The translations under genes and the position numbers were made by a program. Source: a bacterium (GTDB taxonomy: Bacteria > Chloroflexota > Dormibacteria > Aeolococcales > Bog-877). From it: 64,000 nucleotides of DNA. The notes below the pieces were generated by a model, which saw only the letters and a program-made list of their open reading frames with translations, ran no database searches and had not been told where the DNA came from. Every line of letters begins with the position of its first letter. The stretch's first letter is position 1. Location of the stretch: NCBI GenBank assembly GCA_021816695.1, contig JAKAXE010000003.1, forward strand, positions 1,573-65,572. The letters are read 5' to 3'. Positions 55,192 through 64,000 of the stretch are shown here, in pieces.

Positions 55192-56474
55192 CTCGCCCCC
55201 TCCTCGGCCGACTCACCACTGATCAGCAGGTCCCGGATGCGCACCTCAACCCCTTCCAGTGGAAGGCTCTCCTGAGTGTGACCGGCCATGCTCCGGACGG
55301 TGACCGTCCGCTCCCGAAGCTCCGATTCTCCCAGGATCAGCGCCATCCGCACCCCCGAGCGTTCGGCGAAGGAGAGCTTGGCCCGCAGCCCGCGGGACCC
55401 GGCGTCCGTCAACACCGACAGCCCGGCACCGCGAAGGCGGTCAGCGAGGGCCACGGCTGCCTTGCGGTCAGCAGGAGGTGCGCTGAGGACCGCCACCTCA
55501 GGTCCGCCCGGCTCCGGTACCGGAGCCGAGATCATGGCCACCCTCTCCAGCCCAGCGGCGAATCCCACCCCCGGGAGCGGTGGGTACCCCAGCAGCTCCG
55601 ACAGCCCGTCGTAGCGGCCCCCGCCGAAGAGCGCGTTCTGGGCCCCGGCCAGCTCCTGATGCCAGACCTCAAAGGCGGTCCGCGCGTAGTAATCCAGGCC
55701 ACGGACCAGGCGGTGGTTCACTGTGAAGGGGATTCCCAGCGCCGAGAGGGCCCCCTGGACTTGCTCAAAAGCCTGCCGGCACTCGGAGCAGAGGTAGTCG
55801 ATGGTCCTCGGGGCCCTGTCCAGGAGACCTTCTCCGGCCAGCTCCTTGCTGTCCAGGACCCGCAGCGGATTGCGGCGGAGGCGCTCGCGGTCCAGCTCCG
55901 GGAGAGCCGCCATCTGCGGCTCGAAGAACGACAGCAGCGCCGCCCGGTAGGCGGGGCGGCACTCGCGGTCTCCCAGCGAATTCAGCTGCAGGGTGGTTCC
56001 GCTGATCCCCAGCCGCTCCAGCCACCTCCAGGCCAGCCCGATGACCTCCGCGTCCACCTCCGGCTCGGAGTCCCCAAGGGCCTCGACGCCGAACTGATGG
56101 AACTGGCGGTAGCGCCCCTTGCCGGGCCGGTCGTAGCGGAACATCGGGCCGGAGTAGGAGATCCGCACCGGTAGCGGTTCCTGGCGCAGTGGGGATTCCC
56201 AGAAGGCCCGGACCACGGGAGCCGTGCCCTCCGGGCGGAGGGTCAGGGATCGCCCGCCCCGGTCGGGGAAGGTGTACATCTCGCGGGTGACGACATCAGT
56301 GGCCTCCCCGACACCCCGGACGAACAGGTCAGTCGACTCAAAGATGGGCGTCTCGATCTGCCGGTAACCGTGGGCCGCGGCCACCTGGAGCCCCGCCGCC
56401 AGCACCCGATTGAGGCGCGCCAGGGGCTCGGGCAGCAGGTCCTCCGTGCCCCGTGGTCGTGAGATTCCAGTCAC
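55188..56474 (-). CDS. hisS: Histidine--tRNA ligase
   Basis: PRGT.D, LRPEGTA, FRYDRP..GRYRQF.Q, LVRGLDYY, GGGRYD.L, G.ER. Confidence 0.97.
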   Translation of the reverse strand: MTGISRPRGTEDLLPEPLARLNRVLAAGLQVAAAHGYRQIETPIFESTDLFVRGVGEATDVVTREMYTFPDRGGRSLTLRPEGTAPVVRAFWESPLRQEPLPVRISYSGPMFRYDRPGKGRYRQFHQFGVEALGDSEPEVDAEVIGLAWRWLERLGISGTTLQLNSLGDRECRPAYRAALLSFFEPQMAALPELDRERLRRNPLRVLDSKELAGEGLLDRAPRTIDYLCSECRQAFEQVQGALSALGIPFTVNHRLVRGLDYYARTAFEVWHQELAGAQNALFGGGRYDGLSELLGYPPLPGVGFAAGLERVAMISAPVPEPGGPEVAVLSAPPADRKAAVALADRLRGAGLSVLTDAGSRGLRAKLSFAERSGVRMALILGESELRERTVTVRSMAGHTQESLPLEGVEVRIRDLLISGESAEEGAS

Positions 56475-56509
56475 TGCCTAGGTCAGTCTACCGAGCTTGC
56501 AGGTGGTGA

Positions 56510-58666
56510 TCACCCGGCCTCCCGGACCACCTGGACCACGTCGCGCACCCCCTCGAGCCTCTCCAGCAGCCGACTCAGCTCGGTGAGACTGGTGACCTCG
56601 ACCACCGTGGAGATCACTGCCTGGTTCCGTCCCTCCACCTCCACCGCCGCCCCGCTGAGGTTGACCTTGCTCTCAGCGATCGCGGTGGCTACGTCCCGGA
56701 GCAGCCCGGTCCGGTCCCGCCCCTCGATCCGCAGCCGGACGGGATACACCTGGCGGCTGTCCCGGTCCCACTCCACCTCCACCAGGCGCCGAGGGTCAGC
56801 GGCGTTGACCACGTTCACGCAGTCCGCGCGGTGCACCGAGACTCCCCGGCCCCGGGTCACGTAGCCGCGAATCGGCTCTCCGGGCACCGGCTTGCAGCAG
56901 CGGGCGACCGTGGTCAGGAGGTCGGTGAGCCCCGCCACCCGGACCCCGCCGCTGGGGCTGGGGCGCGACACCAGGGGGATGGTGGGGCCGGCGACGGGCT
57001 GGGTCGCCGCCTCCTCCCCGGCGGCCCAGCGCAGCACCACCTGCCGGGCCGACAGCTCACCGTACCCCAGGGCGGCGAAGAAGTCGGGAAGCTCCGGGAT
57101 CCGGAATTCGCGAGCCAGCTCCTGCAGGCGGGCCGCGGGAATGGACTGCAGCTGGGCACCGCGCATCCGCCGCAGCTCCCGATCCAGGAGCTCACGCCCT
57201 CGGGCGACGTTCTCCTCCCGCCGCTCCCGCTTGAACCACTGGCGGATCTTCTCCCGGGCGCTGCTGGTGCGGGCGAAGTTGAGCCAGTCTCGGCTGGGTC
57301 CGTGGCGCTCCGACCTGGTGGTCAGGACCTCCACGATGTCCCCGTTCTGGAGCCGGTAGTCCAGGGGCACCATGCGCGAGTTGGCCTTGGCTCCCAGGCA
57401 GCGGTGGCCCACATCGGTGTGGATCCGATAGGCGAAGTCTATGGCCGTGGAGCCGGCGGGCAGCGAGAGGACGTCGCCCTTGGGGGTGAAGACGAAGACC
57501 TCGTCCTGGAAGACGTCGAGCCGGACGTGCTCCACGAAGCGCTCGGCGTCCAGCACCTCCTTCTGCCACTCCAGCAGCGAGCGCAGCCAGCCGAACCCGG
57601 CGTCGAGGCGCTGATCGGCCGGGGTTCCCTCCTTGTAGTGCCAGTGGGCGGCGATCCCCTCCTCGGCGGTGCGGTGCATCTCGCGGGTGCGGATCTGGAT
57701 CTCCACCGGCTCACCGGCCTCCCCCACCACGGTGGTGTGCAGGGACTGGTAGCCATTGCCCTTGGGCATGGCGATGTAGTCCTTGAAACGCCCGGGAATC
57801 GGCTTCCAGAGTGAGTGCACCACCCCGAGGGCACCGTAGCAGGAGCGGACGTCCTCGCAGATGACCCGGAGGGCCACCAGGTCGTAGATCTCCCCGATGG
57901 AGCGGCCTCCCTGCTGCATCTTGCGGTAGACGCTGGTGATGTTCTTGGGCCGCCCGGCCACCTCGGCGACCAGCCCGTTGGCCCCCAGCTCCTGGAGCAG
58001 GCGCTCGCGGGCCAGTTCCAGGGCGGTCTCCCGCTGGCGGCGCTGGGAGAGGATCTCCTGGCGCACCCGCTCATAGTTGTCATGGTCGAGAACCGAGAAG
58101 GCGAGGTCTTCCAGCTCCGCCTTCACCTGTCCCATCCCCAGGCGGTGGGCCAGGGGGGCGTAGATGTCCATCGTCTCCTGGGCGATCCGGCGCCGACGCT
58201 CCTCGGGCAGGGGGGCGATGGTGCGCATGTTGTGCAGCCGGTCGGCCAGTTTGATCAGGACCACCCGCAGGTCCTCGGCCATGGCGATCAACATCTTGCG
58301 GATGTTCTCGGCCTGGACCTGGGCCTGCGAATGCAGTTTGATCCGCCCCAGCTTGGTGACCCCCTGCACCAGCCGCTCCACCGACTCCCCGAACTCCTCG
58401 CGGATCTGCTCCGAACTCACGGCGGTGTCCTCCACGACATCGTGGAGGAGGGCGGCGGCCAGGGCATCTGGGTCCAGATGCATCTCGGCGAGCTGGACCG
58501 CGACGGACAGGGGATGGGTGATGTAGGGCTCCCCCGAGAGCCGCAGCTGCCCCTCGTGGGCGCGCTCCGCCAAGAGGTAGGCGCGCTCCACCGTGGCCAC
58601 CTCGGCGTCCCCCAGGTAGTCCAGCCGGGCGGCGAGATCAGCGAACTGGGTGCTCAATTCAGCCAT
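56510..58666 (-). CDS. rel: Bifunctional (p)ppGpp synthetase/hydrolase Rel
   Basis: SGEPY..HP, LHDVVEDT, KLADRLHNMRT, APLAHRLG, RFKDYIA.PK.NGYQSLHT, TGS, CC.P and ACT domains; ORF-track N-terminal extension is spurious. Confidence 0.96.
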   Translation of the reverse strand: MAELSTQFADLAARLDYLGDAEVATVERAYLLAERAHEGQLRLSGEPYITHPLSVAVQLAEMHLDPDALAAALLHDVVEDTAVSSEQIREEFGESVERLVQGVTKLGRIKLHSQAQVQAENIRKMLIAMAEDLRVVLIKLADRLHNMRTIAPLPEERRRRIAQETMDIYAPLAHRLGMGQVKAELEDLAFSVLDHDNYERVRQEILSQRRQRETALELARERLLQELGANGLVAEVAGRPKNITSVYRKMQQGGRSIGEIYDLVALRVICEDVRSCYGALGVVHSLWKPIPGRFKDYIAMPKGNGYQSLHTTVVGEAGEPVEIQIRTREMHRTAEEGIAAHWHYKEGTPADQRLDAGFGWLRSLLEWQKEVLDAERFVEHVRLDVFQDEVFVFTPKGDVLSLPAGSTAIDFAYRIHTDVGHRCLGAKANSRMVPLDYRLQNGDIVEVLTTRSERHGPSRDWLNFARTSSAREKIRQWFKRERREENVARGRELLDRELRRMRGAQLQSIPAARLQELAREFRIPELPDFFAALGYGELSARQVVLRWAAGEEAATQPVAGPTIPLVSRPSPSGGVRVAGLTDLLTTVARCCKPVPGEPIRGYVTRGRGVSVHRADCVNVVNAADPRRLVEVEWDRDSRQVYPVRLRIEGRDRTGLLRDVATAIAESKVNLSGAAVEVEGRNQAVISTVVEVTSLTELSRLLERLEGVRDVVQVVREAG

Positions 58667-58715
58667 TTTAGGGTGGACCTGAGCGCCGAGCCGCCGCCGC
58701 CGCCCGGGCGCCGGC

Positions 58716-60140
58716 TCAGGCCGGCGGCGACGGGTCCACGGCTCGGAAGCGGAGAACCTGGACCCGGAGCGGGCGGGGTGGGGCCAGCCAGCACTCAACC
58801 TCAAGCTGCCCCCCCTCGCACCGGAGCCTCCAGGTGGCACGCAGCCGACCACTGAAAACTGGCGGTGCCACCTGGAGAACAGGGCCGAGGCGCTGGCGCA
58901 GGTCGCGCAGCTCCTCGGCCCGGCGCTCAGCCGGTCGGTCCAGCAGCAGGTTGTCCGCCGCCAGCTCGGCCCAGGCCCCGGAGCCTTCGCCCTCATACAG
59001 GGAGCTGACCCTCTGCTGTACCCAGGACCACTCCGGTGGTGTTTCCGGGGCGGCGGCCGGCACCGCCTCCGCCACCAGCTCGAGCGCCTCGAAGACCGGA
59101 CGGGAGAGGGGGGCGTAGGTGAGATTGCTGAAGGCGAACACCCCAACTCCGTGCTTGGGAAGCCACTGGACATGAGAGCCGAATCCGGGCAGGCCGCCGC
59201 CGTGGTAGACCACCCTCCCCAGACGGGCCGACTCCGCCACGAACAGCCCAAGACCGTACCCCGAGGGACCGCCGCCCGGCGCCGGATGGTCCCGAGGCGG
59301 AACCACGATGTGGCCCCTCTGCATCTCCCGCCGCGAGGACGCCCGGAGCAGCGGGGAGCCCAACTCCTCGCCCACCCACGCCGAGAGCTGAAAGCCAACG
59401 TACCTGGCGAAGTCCGCCACCGTGGTCCACAGCCCCCCCATGGCCCCGAAGGCACCGTCCCGCAATGGCGGCTCCTCCACGTACCCGGCGCCCTCCCGAC
59501 GGTATCCCCGCGCCCTCCTGGTCCCCGTAAGGCTGGCAAAGTCGAACACCGAGTCCTCCATCCCCAGCGGCCGCAGCAGCACCTCTCGAGCCAGGTCGGC
59601 CAGCGGCTTTCCCGAGACGCGCTGGGCGACCTGCCCCAGCAGCGCATACCCCAGGTTGGAGTACTCGAATGCCTCGCCGGGCCGCCGGGTGAGGGCCACA
59701 CCGCCGCCGAGGAGGCGGAGGAACTCCGCATCGGCTAGCGCCAGTTGGCGATCCGCCCACGGGTCGTCCTCCACGAGGCCCGCGGTCATCGTGAGCAGGT
59801 GCCTGAGAGTTATCGACGGGTCATCTGCACCCTCGGCGCTCAGCCCCGCAGCCTCCGGGAGGTGCCGCTCGAGCGGGTCCTCGAGCTGGAGCAGTCCGCG
59901 GTCACGGAGGGTGAGGATGCACACCGCGGTGAGGCTCTTGGTCATGGAGGCGATCCGAAAGGCGGTGCCATCCTGCACCGCCTGCCCGCCCGCATGATCC
60001 GCTAGTCCGATTTGACCCTGGTGCACCAGCCGGCCCCCGGCGACCACCCCGAAGGCCAACCCGGGGATCCCCGCCTCCTCGGCGAACCGCCGGAAGATCT
60101 CGTCCAGGCCAAGGGATGCCAGGCCCGTGGCCGCAGTCAT
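58716..60140 (-). CDS. Serine hydrolase, beta-lactamase/PBP class C-like fold
   Basis: FRIASMTK (SxxK), FEYSN (YxN), GGL, HGGG.PGF; no signal peptide evident. Confidence 0.88.
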   Translation of the reverse strand: MTAATGLASLGLDEIFRRFAEEAGIPGLAFGVVAGGRLVHQGQIGLADHAGGQAVQDGTAFRIASMTKSLTAVCILTLRDRGLLQLEDPLERHLPEAAGLSAEGADDPSITLRHLLTMTAGLVEDDPWADRQLALADAEFLRLLGGGVALTRRPGEAFEYSNLGYALLGQVAQRVSGKPLADLAREVLLRPLGMEDSVFDFASLTGTRRARGYRREGAGYVEEPPLRDGAFGAMGGLWTTVADFARYVGFQLSAWVGEELGSPLLRASSRREMQRGHIVVPPRDHPAPGGGPSGYGLGLFVAESARLGRVVYHGGGLPGFGSHVQWLPKHGVGVFAFSNLTYAPLSRPVFEALELVAEAVPAAAPETPPEWSWVQQRVSSLYEGEGSGAWAELAADNLLLDRPAERRAEELRDLRQRLGPVLQVAPPVFSGRLRATWRLRCEGGQLEVECWLAPPRPLRVQVLRFRAVDPSPPA

Positions 60141-60162
60141 CCTGGACCGGTGGAAGAGAGCC

Positions 60163-60606
60163 TCATCGGCCCACTCGGGCCTCCGGCGACTGTTGGGGGG
60201 CGTCTGGTTGGAGGAACTCCAGCCGGTTGCCGAATGGATCGTGAGCGTAGAAGCGCCGAAACCCGGGGAAGTCGGGGTCCCACAAGACCTCCACGCCCCC
60301 GGTGGTCAGGCTTCCGGCCAGCTCGTCCAGCTTGTTGGTGAGTATTCCCGGGTGGGCTTTGCGGACGGCCCGGAACTCCTGCTCGACCCCCAGGTGGACC
60401 TCCAGTGAGGGTCCGCGGAACCAGGCACCCCCCCGTGACCTCAGAACCGGAGGCTTCTCCACCTCAGTCAACTGGAGCAGACCCTGGTAGAAGCGCCGGG
60501 CATCATCCTCACCGCCGGCGGGCATCGCCAGCTGCACGTGGTGGAGGCGGAAGCCGAAGTCCTGGGCCACCGTGCGCACCTCTGGGGGTATCTCAGAATC
60601 CGGCAC
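60163..60606 (-). CDS. VOC/glyoxalase family protein
   Basis: LHHVQL.MP, ARRFY..LL, G.WF, HLG, HP, RFY..DPFGNRLE. Confidence 0.88.
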   Translation of the reverse strand: MPDSEIPPEVRTVAQDFGFRLHHVQLAMPAGGEDDARRFYQGLLQLTEVEKPPVLRSRGGAWFRGPSLEVHLGVEQEFRAVRKAHPGILTNKLDELAGSLTTGGVEVLWDPDFPGFRRFYAHDPFGNRLEFLQPDAPQQSPEARVGR

Positions 60607-60743
60607 CCGAAGAGTATGTCAGACCAGGATTTGACCTCAGACCGGCTGGGGGCTGCGACCCCCGGGTGGTCGCCCCGGGTCAGCCGTCAGAGTGCCGACG
60701 GGGCACCCGAAATTACGGGTTGGCGTGGCAGAATGGCGGGAGC

Positions 60744-61418
60744 ATGAGAGCCGACCCGTTCGACTCCCGCGCCGCCTCCCAGTTGGTGCCCCCGCGCACG
60801 TCGCAGCTGCCAGCCCTCCATGTGGAGGAGGTGGACAAATGGTTCGGCCGGAAGGTGGTCCTCCGCGGGATCGATCTCAACGTGTGGCCCGGAGAGGTGG
60901 TCGGGCTGGTGGGCGAGAACGGGTGCGGCAAGACCACGCTGCTGCGCATCTGCGCCGGGCTGGTGGCCCCGGACCGGGGCACCGTGCGGATCACGGGTCA
61001 ACTGGGCTACTGCCCTCAGCAGCCCGGCCTGTTCGACCGGCTCACGGCTGACGAGCATCTGGCCTACTTCGGGGCCGGCCGCGGCCTGGGCCGGGCGGAA
61101 GCGGTAGCCGAGGGGCGGCGGATCCTTGGTTCGTTCGGCTTCCCCGCCCGGGAGCGGGCCGTCGCCGGCCAGCTCTCGGGTGGCACCCGCCAGAAGCTCA
61201 ACCTGGCGCTGGCCCTCCTCGGGCGCCCGACCGTCCTCCTCCTTGACGAGCCGTACCAGGGATTCGACCACGGCGTGTACGTCAACTTCTGGGACCACGT
61301 GGACAGCTGGCGTCGCGCCGGTCAGGCCATCCTCGTGGTCACCCACATGCTGGCGGAGCAGGACCGGGTCGACAGGGTGGTCGACCTCAGCATGACCCGG
61401 GGGGACGGCGCGGGATGA
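60744..61418 (+). CDS. ABC transporter ATP-binding protein
   Basis: GENGCGKTT, Q-loop, LSGG, LLLDEP, VTH. Confidence 0.9.
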   Translation: MRADPFDSRAASQLVPPRTSQLPALHVEEVDKWFGRKVVLRGIDLNVWPGEVVGLVGENGCGKTTLLRICAGLVAPDRGTVRITGQLGYCPQQPGLFDRLTADEHLAYFGAGRGLGRAEAVAEGRRILGSFGFPARERAVAGQLSGGTRQKLNLALALLGRPTVLLLDEPYQGFDHGVYVNFWDHVDSWRRAGQAILVVTHMLAEQDRVDRVVDLSMTRGDGAG

Positions 61419-62116
61419 GCTTCTGGCATCACGTCCTTACCGCGGCGGAGATGCAGGGACGGCAACTGGGCCGGAGGCGCGTCTCCCTCCTCATCGTGGT
61501 GGCCCTTCCGGTGGCGCTGTATCTCAGCCAGGATGCCAGCAGCCCGGAGAACGCCATCGGCTTCGGGGCCCTGGGGGTGGCGTGGGCTCTGGCCACCACC
61601 GCCCTCTTCGCCGCCCTCTCGGCGCGCGAGTCAGAGCCCCGGCTGATCCTGTCCGGCTACCGTTCAGCGGAGCTGCTCCTGGGACGGCTGCTGGTCCTTC
61701 TCCTGGGTGGCTTCGTGCTGTGCGCGCTGGCGGCGGTGGCCATGGGACTCATCTCCAAACCGGTTTCCGAGGGCGACATGCTCGCCGCCTGCGCCCTGGT
61801 GGCGGTGATCAGCGTGCCGCTTGGCCTGGCGGTGGGAGCGGTCCTGCCCACGGATCTCGAGGGGACCCTGGTGATCATCGGAGCGGTGGGGGTTCAGCTC
61901 TCCCTGCCCCAGAACTCCGCCGCCAACCTGGCGTTGCCGCTGGACGCCCCCATCCAGTTCGCCTCACGCGCCGGAGGGTTCACGGGAAGCGCGCCTGGGC
62001 TGATGCTGCTGCAGGCCGGCCTCTACACGGCGGCGCTGATTCTCATCTCCATGGTGGCCTGGTCCCGAAGGGTGGGCCGGCGCGGTGAGGTGGTGATCCA
62101 GGCGGAGGGCGGGTGA
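61415..62116 (+). CDS. ABC transporter permease (ABC-2-like)
   Basis: About 6 hydrophobic helices; 4-nt overlap with the ATPase gene. Confidence 0.75.
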   Translation: MSFWHHVLTAAEMQGRQLGRRRVSLLIVVALPVALYLSQDASSPENAIGFGALGVAWALATTALFAALSARESEPRLILSGYRSAELLLGRLLVLLLGGFVLCALAAVAMGLISKPVSEGDMLAACALVAVISVPLGLAVGAVLPTDLEGTLVIIGAVGVQLSLPQNSAANLALPLDAPIQFASRAGGFTGSAPGLMLLQAGLYTAALILISMVAWSRRVGRRGEVVIQAEGG

Positions 62117-62151
62117 GCTAACCACGTCCCGTCTGGGTTCGGGCCTCTGCC

Positions 62152-62550
62152 TCAGTCCCGCTTGCGCAGCTGGGCTATCGCCAGGCCCAGCACGGTGACG
62201 CCGATCACCGCGACGATGCCCACGTCCAAGGGCAGGGGCAGGGTGTAGCTACCGATCGTCACCTGGGCGGCGTTGATGAAGGGGGCCGGGTAGCCCGAGT
62301 TGCTGAAGAGCGACACCCGGACGGGGGCGATGGCGTAGGTGACGGGATCGAAGCGGGTGAGGACCGCCATCCAGGTGGGCAGGCCCTTCAGGGGGAAGAG
62401 CGCCCCGCTCAGGAAGAGCATGGGCATCTTGAGGAAGTTCATCACCACCTGGAAGCCCTGCATGGACTTCATCCGGGAGGCGATGGCGATCCCGAAGGCG
62501 CTGAGGGAGACGGCCATGAGGAGAAGCAGCGCCAGCATCTCGAAGAACCC
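62152..62550 (-). pseudogene. C-terminal remnant of a DrrB-type ABC-2 permease
   Basis: PMLFLSGALFP...LP.W...L..FDP.TYA..R and a final TM are intact; upstream of ~62550 the frame loses membrane-protein character; no cognate ATPase. Confidence 0.65.
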
Positions 62551-62767
62551 GTTTGTCAGTCCAGGTGTGCCAGTCTCGGGGGCCAGGGTGGTGCCGGCTG
62601 GTACCCGATTCTCCCGGGCAGGAAGACAGTGCCCCGAGCCACCAACTCCTCGGCGGCCTTGCTCCACAGTCACGGTGATACAACAGGGCCCAGTGGCACC
62701 AGACAACGGCGTCGTCGCATGGTTCGCAGATGGCCCCGACGCACCTCACGCTCGCCCGGGCAACTAA

Positions 62768-62935
62768 GTGAATGGAAGGGGCCCTCTGGTCGCCTACGTG
62801 GCGCTGCTGGTGATAGTCGTGGTGGGCGTCGACGTCTTGTTCTTCCGGAACCGTTTCTGGGAACGGCTGCTGGCGAACGTCGGCATCGTTCTGGTGTTTG
62901 CGGCCTTCGCCCTGAGGGTCCTGAGGAAGCCATGA
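62768..62935 (+). CDS. Small two-helix membrane protein (55 aa; below ORF-track cutoff)
   Basis: MNGRGPLVAYVALLVIVVVGVDVLFFRNRFWERLLANVGIVLVFAAFALRVLRKP*. Confidence 0.65.
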   Translation: MNGRGPLVAYVALLVIVVVGVDVLFFRNRFWERLLANVGIVLVFAAFALRVLRKP

Positions 62936-63037
62936 ACTCGGTCCCACGCACCGCGACGGCGCACCCTTGCCCCTGTGAGTGAAGTCCCTGGGAGACGGTC
63001 GGCCGGTCAGTTTGGGCCCCGGCCCCAGCTGAGTCCC

Positions 63038-64000
63038 ATGGAACCCGCGATCCACTGGTTCCGGCGCGACCTGCGGCTGGCCGATCACCACGCCGTCGCC
63101 AAAGCGAACGACGGAGGCCGCCCGGTCGTTGGCCTCTTCGTCCTTGACCCCGCGATACTTCACGGCCCCGCCGTGGGGACGAGCCGGCTGCGGTACCTGC
63201 TGGAGGCTCTGGCCTCGCTGGACGAAGGGCTCCGGGGCCGCGGCTCGGCGCTGGTGATAAGGCGTGGCGCCCCGCGCGAAGTGGTGCCCAAGGTGGCAGC
63301 GGAAACAGGCGCTCGACTGGTCACCGCGGTCCGGGACTTCGGACCCTACGCCAGAACCCGAGACGAAGCGGTGGCCCATTTGCTCTCCCGGGCCGGGCGG
63401 TCACTTTGGCTGTCGGCGGAGCAGCTGGTGCTAGACCCAACGAGGCTCCCCCCGATGCGCACATTCAGTGCATGCCGGAGGCGCTTCCACTCCGCGCTTG
63501 CAGAGGGGCTGGCTCCAGCCCCACCCTCCGCCCACTTCCTAAGCGTCCCGGCGCTGCCTAGGAGCGAACCTTCACCTTCGCCCGCCGAGTTCGGGCTACC
63601 TCCGACGGATCAGGTTCTGGAGGCTGGCGAAGGAGCCGCGGCAAACCGTCTGCGCACGTTCGTGGACCGACGACTGGGCGGCTACGCAGCCGACCGAGAG
63701 GATCCCGGTGCCGACGCCACGTCCCGACTCTCTGCGGACCTGCACTTCGGCATCATTTCGGTGCGGACAGCGATCCGGGCGGCCCTGGAGGCAGCCCGTG
63801 ACTCCCCGCACGTTTCCACTGGGGTGAGCAGATGGCTCGACCAGCTGGCCTGGCGCGATTTCTTCGCCGCCACGCTCTGGCACTTCCCGGAAGTTGCCAC
63901 GCAGGAGTACAAGCCGGAGCTCCGCAACTTGCCGTGGCCGGGCACCATGGATGCGCTCCAGGCATGGAAGCAGGGCATGACGGGATACCCACTGGTGGAC
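63038..64000 (+). CDS. phrB: Deoxyribodipyrimidine photolyase/cryptochrome family (partial, runs off right edge)
   Basis: IHWFRRDLRL.DH, AGE..A..RL..F, TSRLS.DLHFG.IS, QL.WRDF, W.QG.TGYP.VD. Confidence 0.9.
   Translation, partial: MEPAIHWFRRDLRLADHHAVAKANDGGRPVVGLFVLDPAILHGPAVGTSRLRYLLEALASLDEGLRGRGSALVIRRGAPREVVPKVAAETGARLVTAVRDFGPYARTRDEAVAHLLSRAGRSLWLSAEQLVLDPTRLPPMRTFSACRRRFHSALAEGLAPAPPSAHFLSVPALPRSEPSPSPAEFGLPPTDQVLEAGEGAAANRLRTFVDRRLGGYAADREDPGADATSRLSADLHFGIISVRTAIRAALEAARDSPHVSTGVSRWLDQLAWRDFFAATLWHFPEVATQEYKPELRNLPWPGTMDALQAWKQGMTGYPLVD

Noticed and set aside
58667-59731. Apparent ~350-aa N-terminal extension of Rel (and similar extensions of TyrS, TruB, HtpX)
   Set aside because: The Rel extension overlaps the serine hydrolase in another frame with low-complexity Arg/Pro/Gly composition. 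The true starts are downstream.
58716-60140. Beta-lactam resistance gene
   Set aside because: The SxxK/YxN fold is shared by many cytoplasmic esterases and peptidases. No signal peptide is present, so resistance is unsupported.
60600-60715. GGCACCCGAA repeated about 100 nt apart between the divergent VOC and ABC genes
   Set aside because: Only two copies of a 10-mer in high-GC DNA; no array or element structure.
1-64000. CRISPR array, IS element or rRNA
   Set aside because: No regularly spaced repeats, transposase motifs or rRNA sequence were seen; the intergenic gaps are short and were inspected.

Overview
High-GC bacterial chromosomal segment that is mostly core genome on the minus strand. 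Gene content and short IF-2/ThrS suggest a monoderm Chloroflexota/Dormibacterota-like organism (inference only). Minus-strand runs: rel-hisS-aspS-6S RNA-rsbW-like-sigB/F-alaS-ftsA paralogue-baseplate-J-like membrane protein-ruvX-mltG-prepilin peptidase; efp-asp23-nusB-xseAB-DUF212-nadK-recN-scpAB-rluB-cmk-dinG-rsmI-tatD-rsmA-MFS; thrS-infC-rpmI-rplT-pheST-mpg; tyrS-yebC-ruvCAB-secDF-rimP-nusA-ylxR-infB-rbfA-nrnA-truB-ribF. The left end holds a rearranged Psp envelope-stress locus. There is a tRNA-Val(GAC), and the right end has an ABC pair, a permease remnant and a photolyase. No CRISPR array, integrase, transposase or prophage was seen. Best candidates for something undescribed: (1) an FtsA paralogue outside the dcw cluster, paired with a single-pass baseplate-J-like protein carrying a codon-atypical cassette; (2) an unassigned ~240-nt structured RNA with its own promoter, terminator and hidden 14-codon ORF; (3) an apparently kinase-dead anti-sigma factor with no adjacent anti-anti-sigma; (4) a small zinc-finger protein with a sliding-clamp-binding-like motif. 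All calls come from manual motif recognition; no searches were run.
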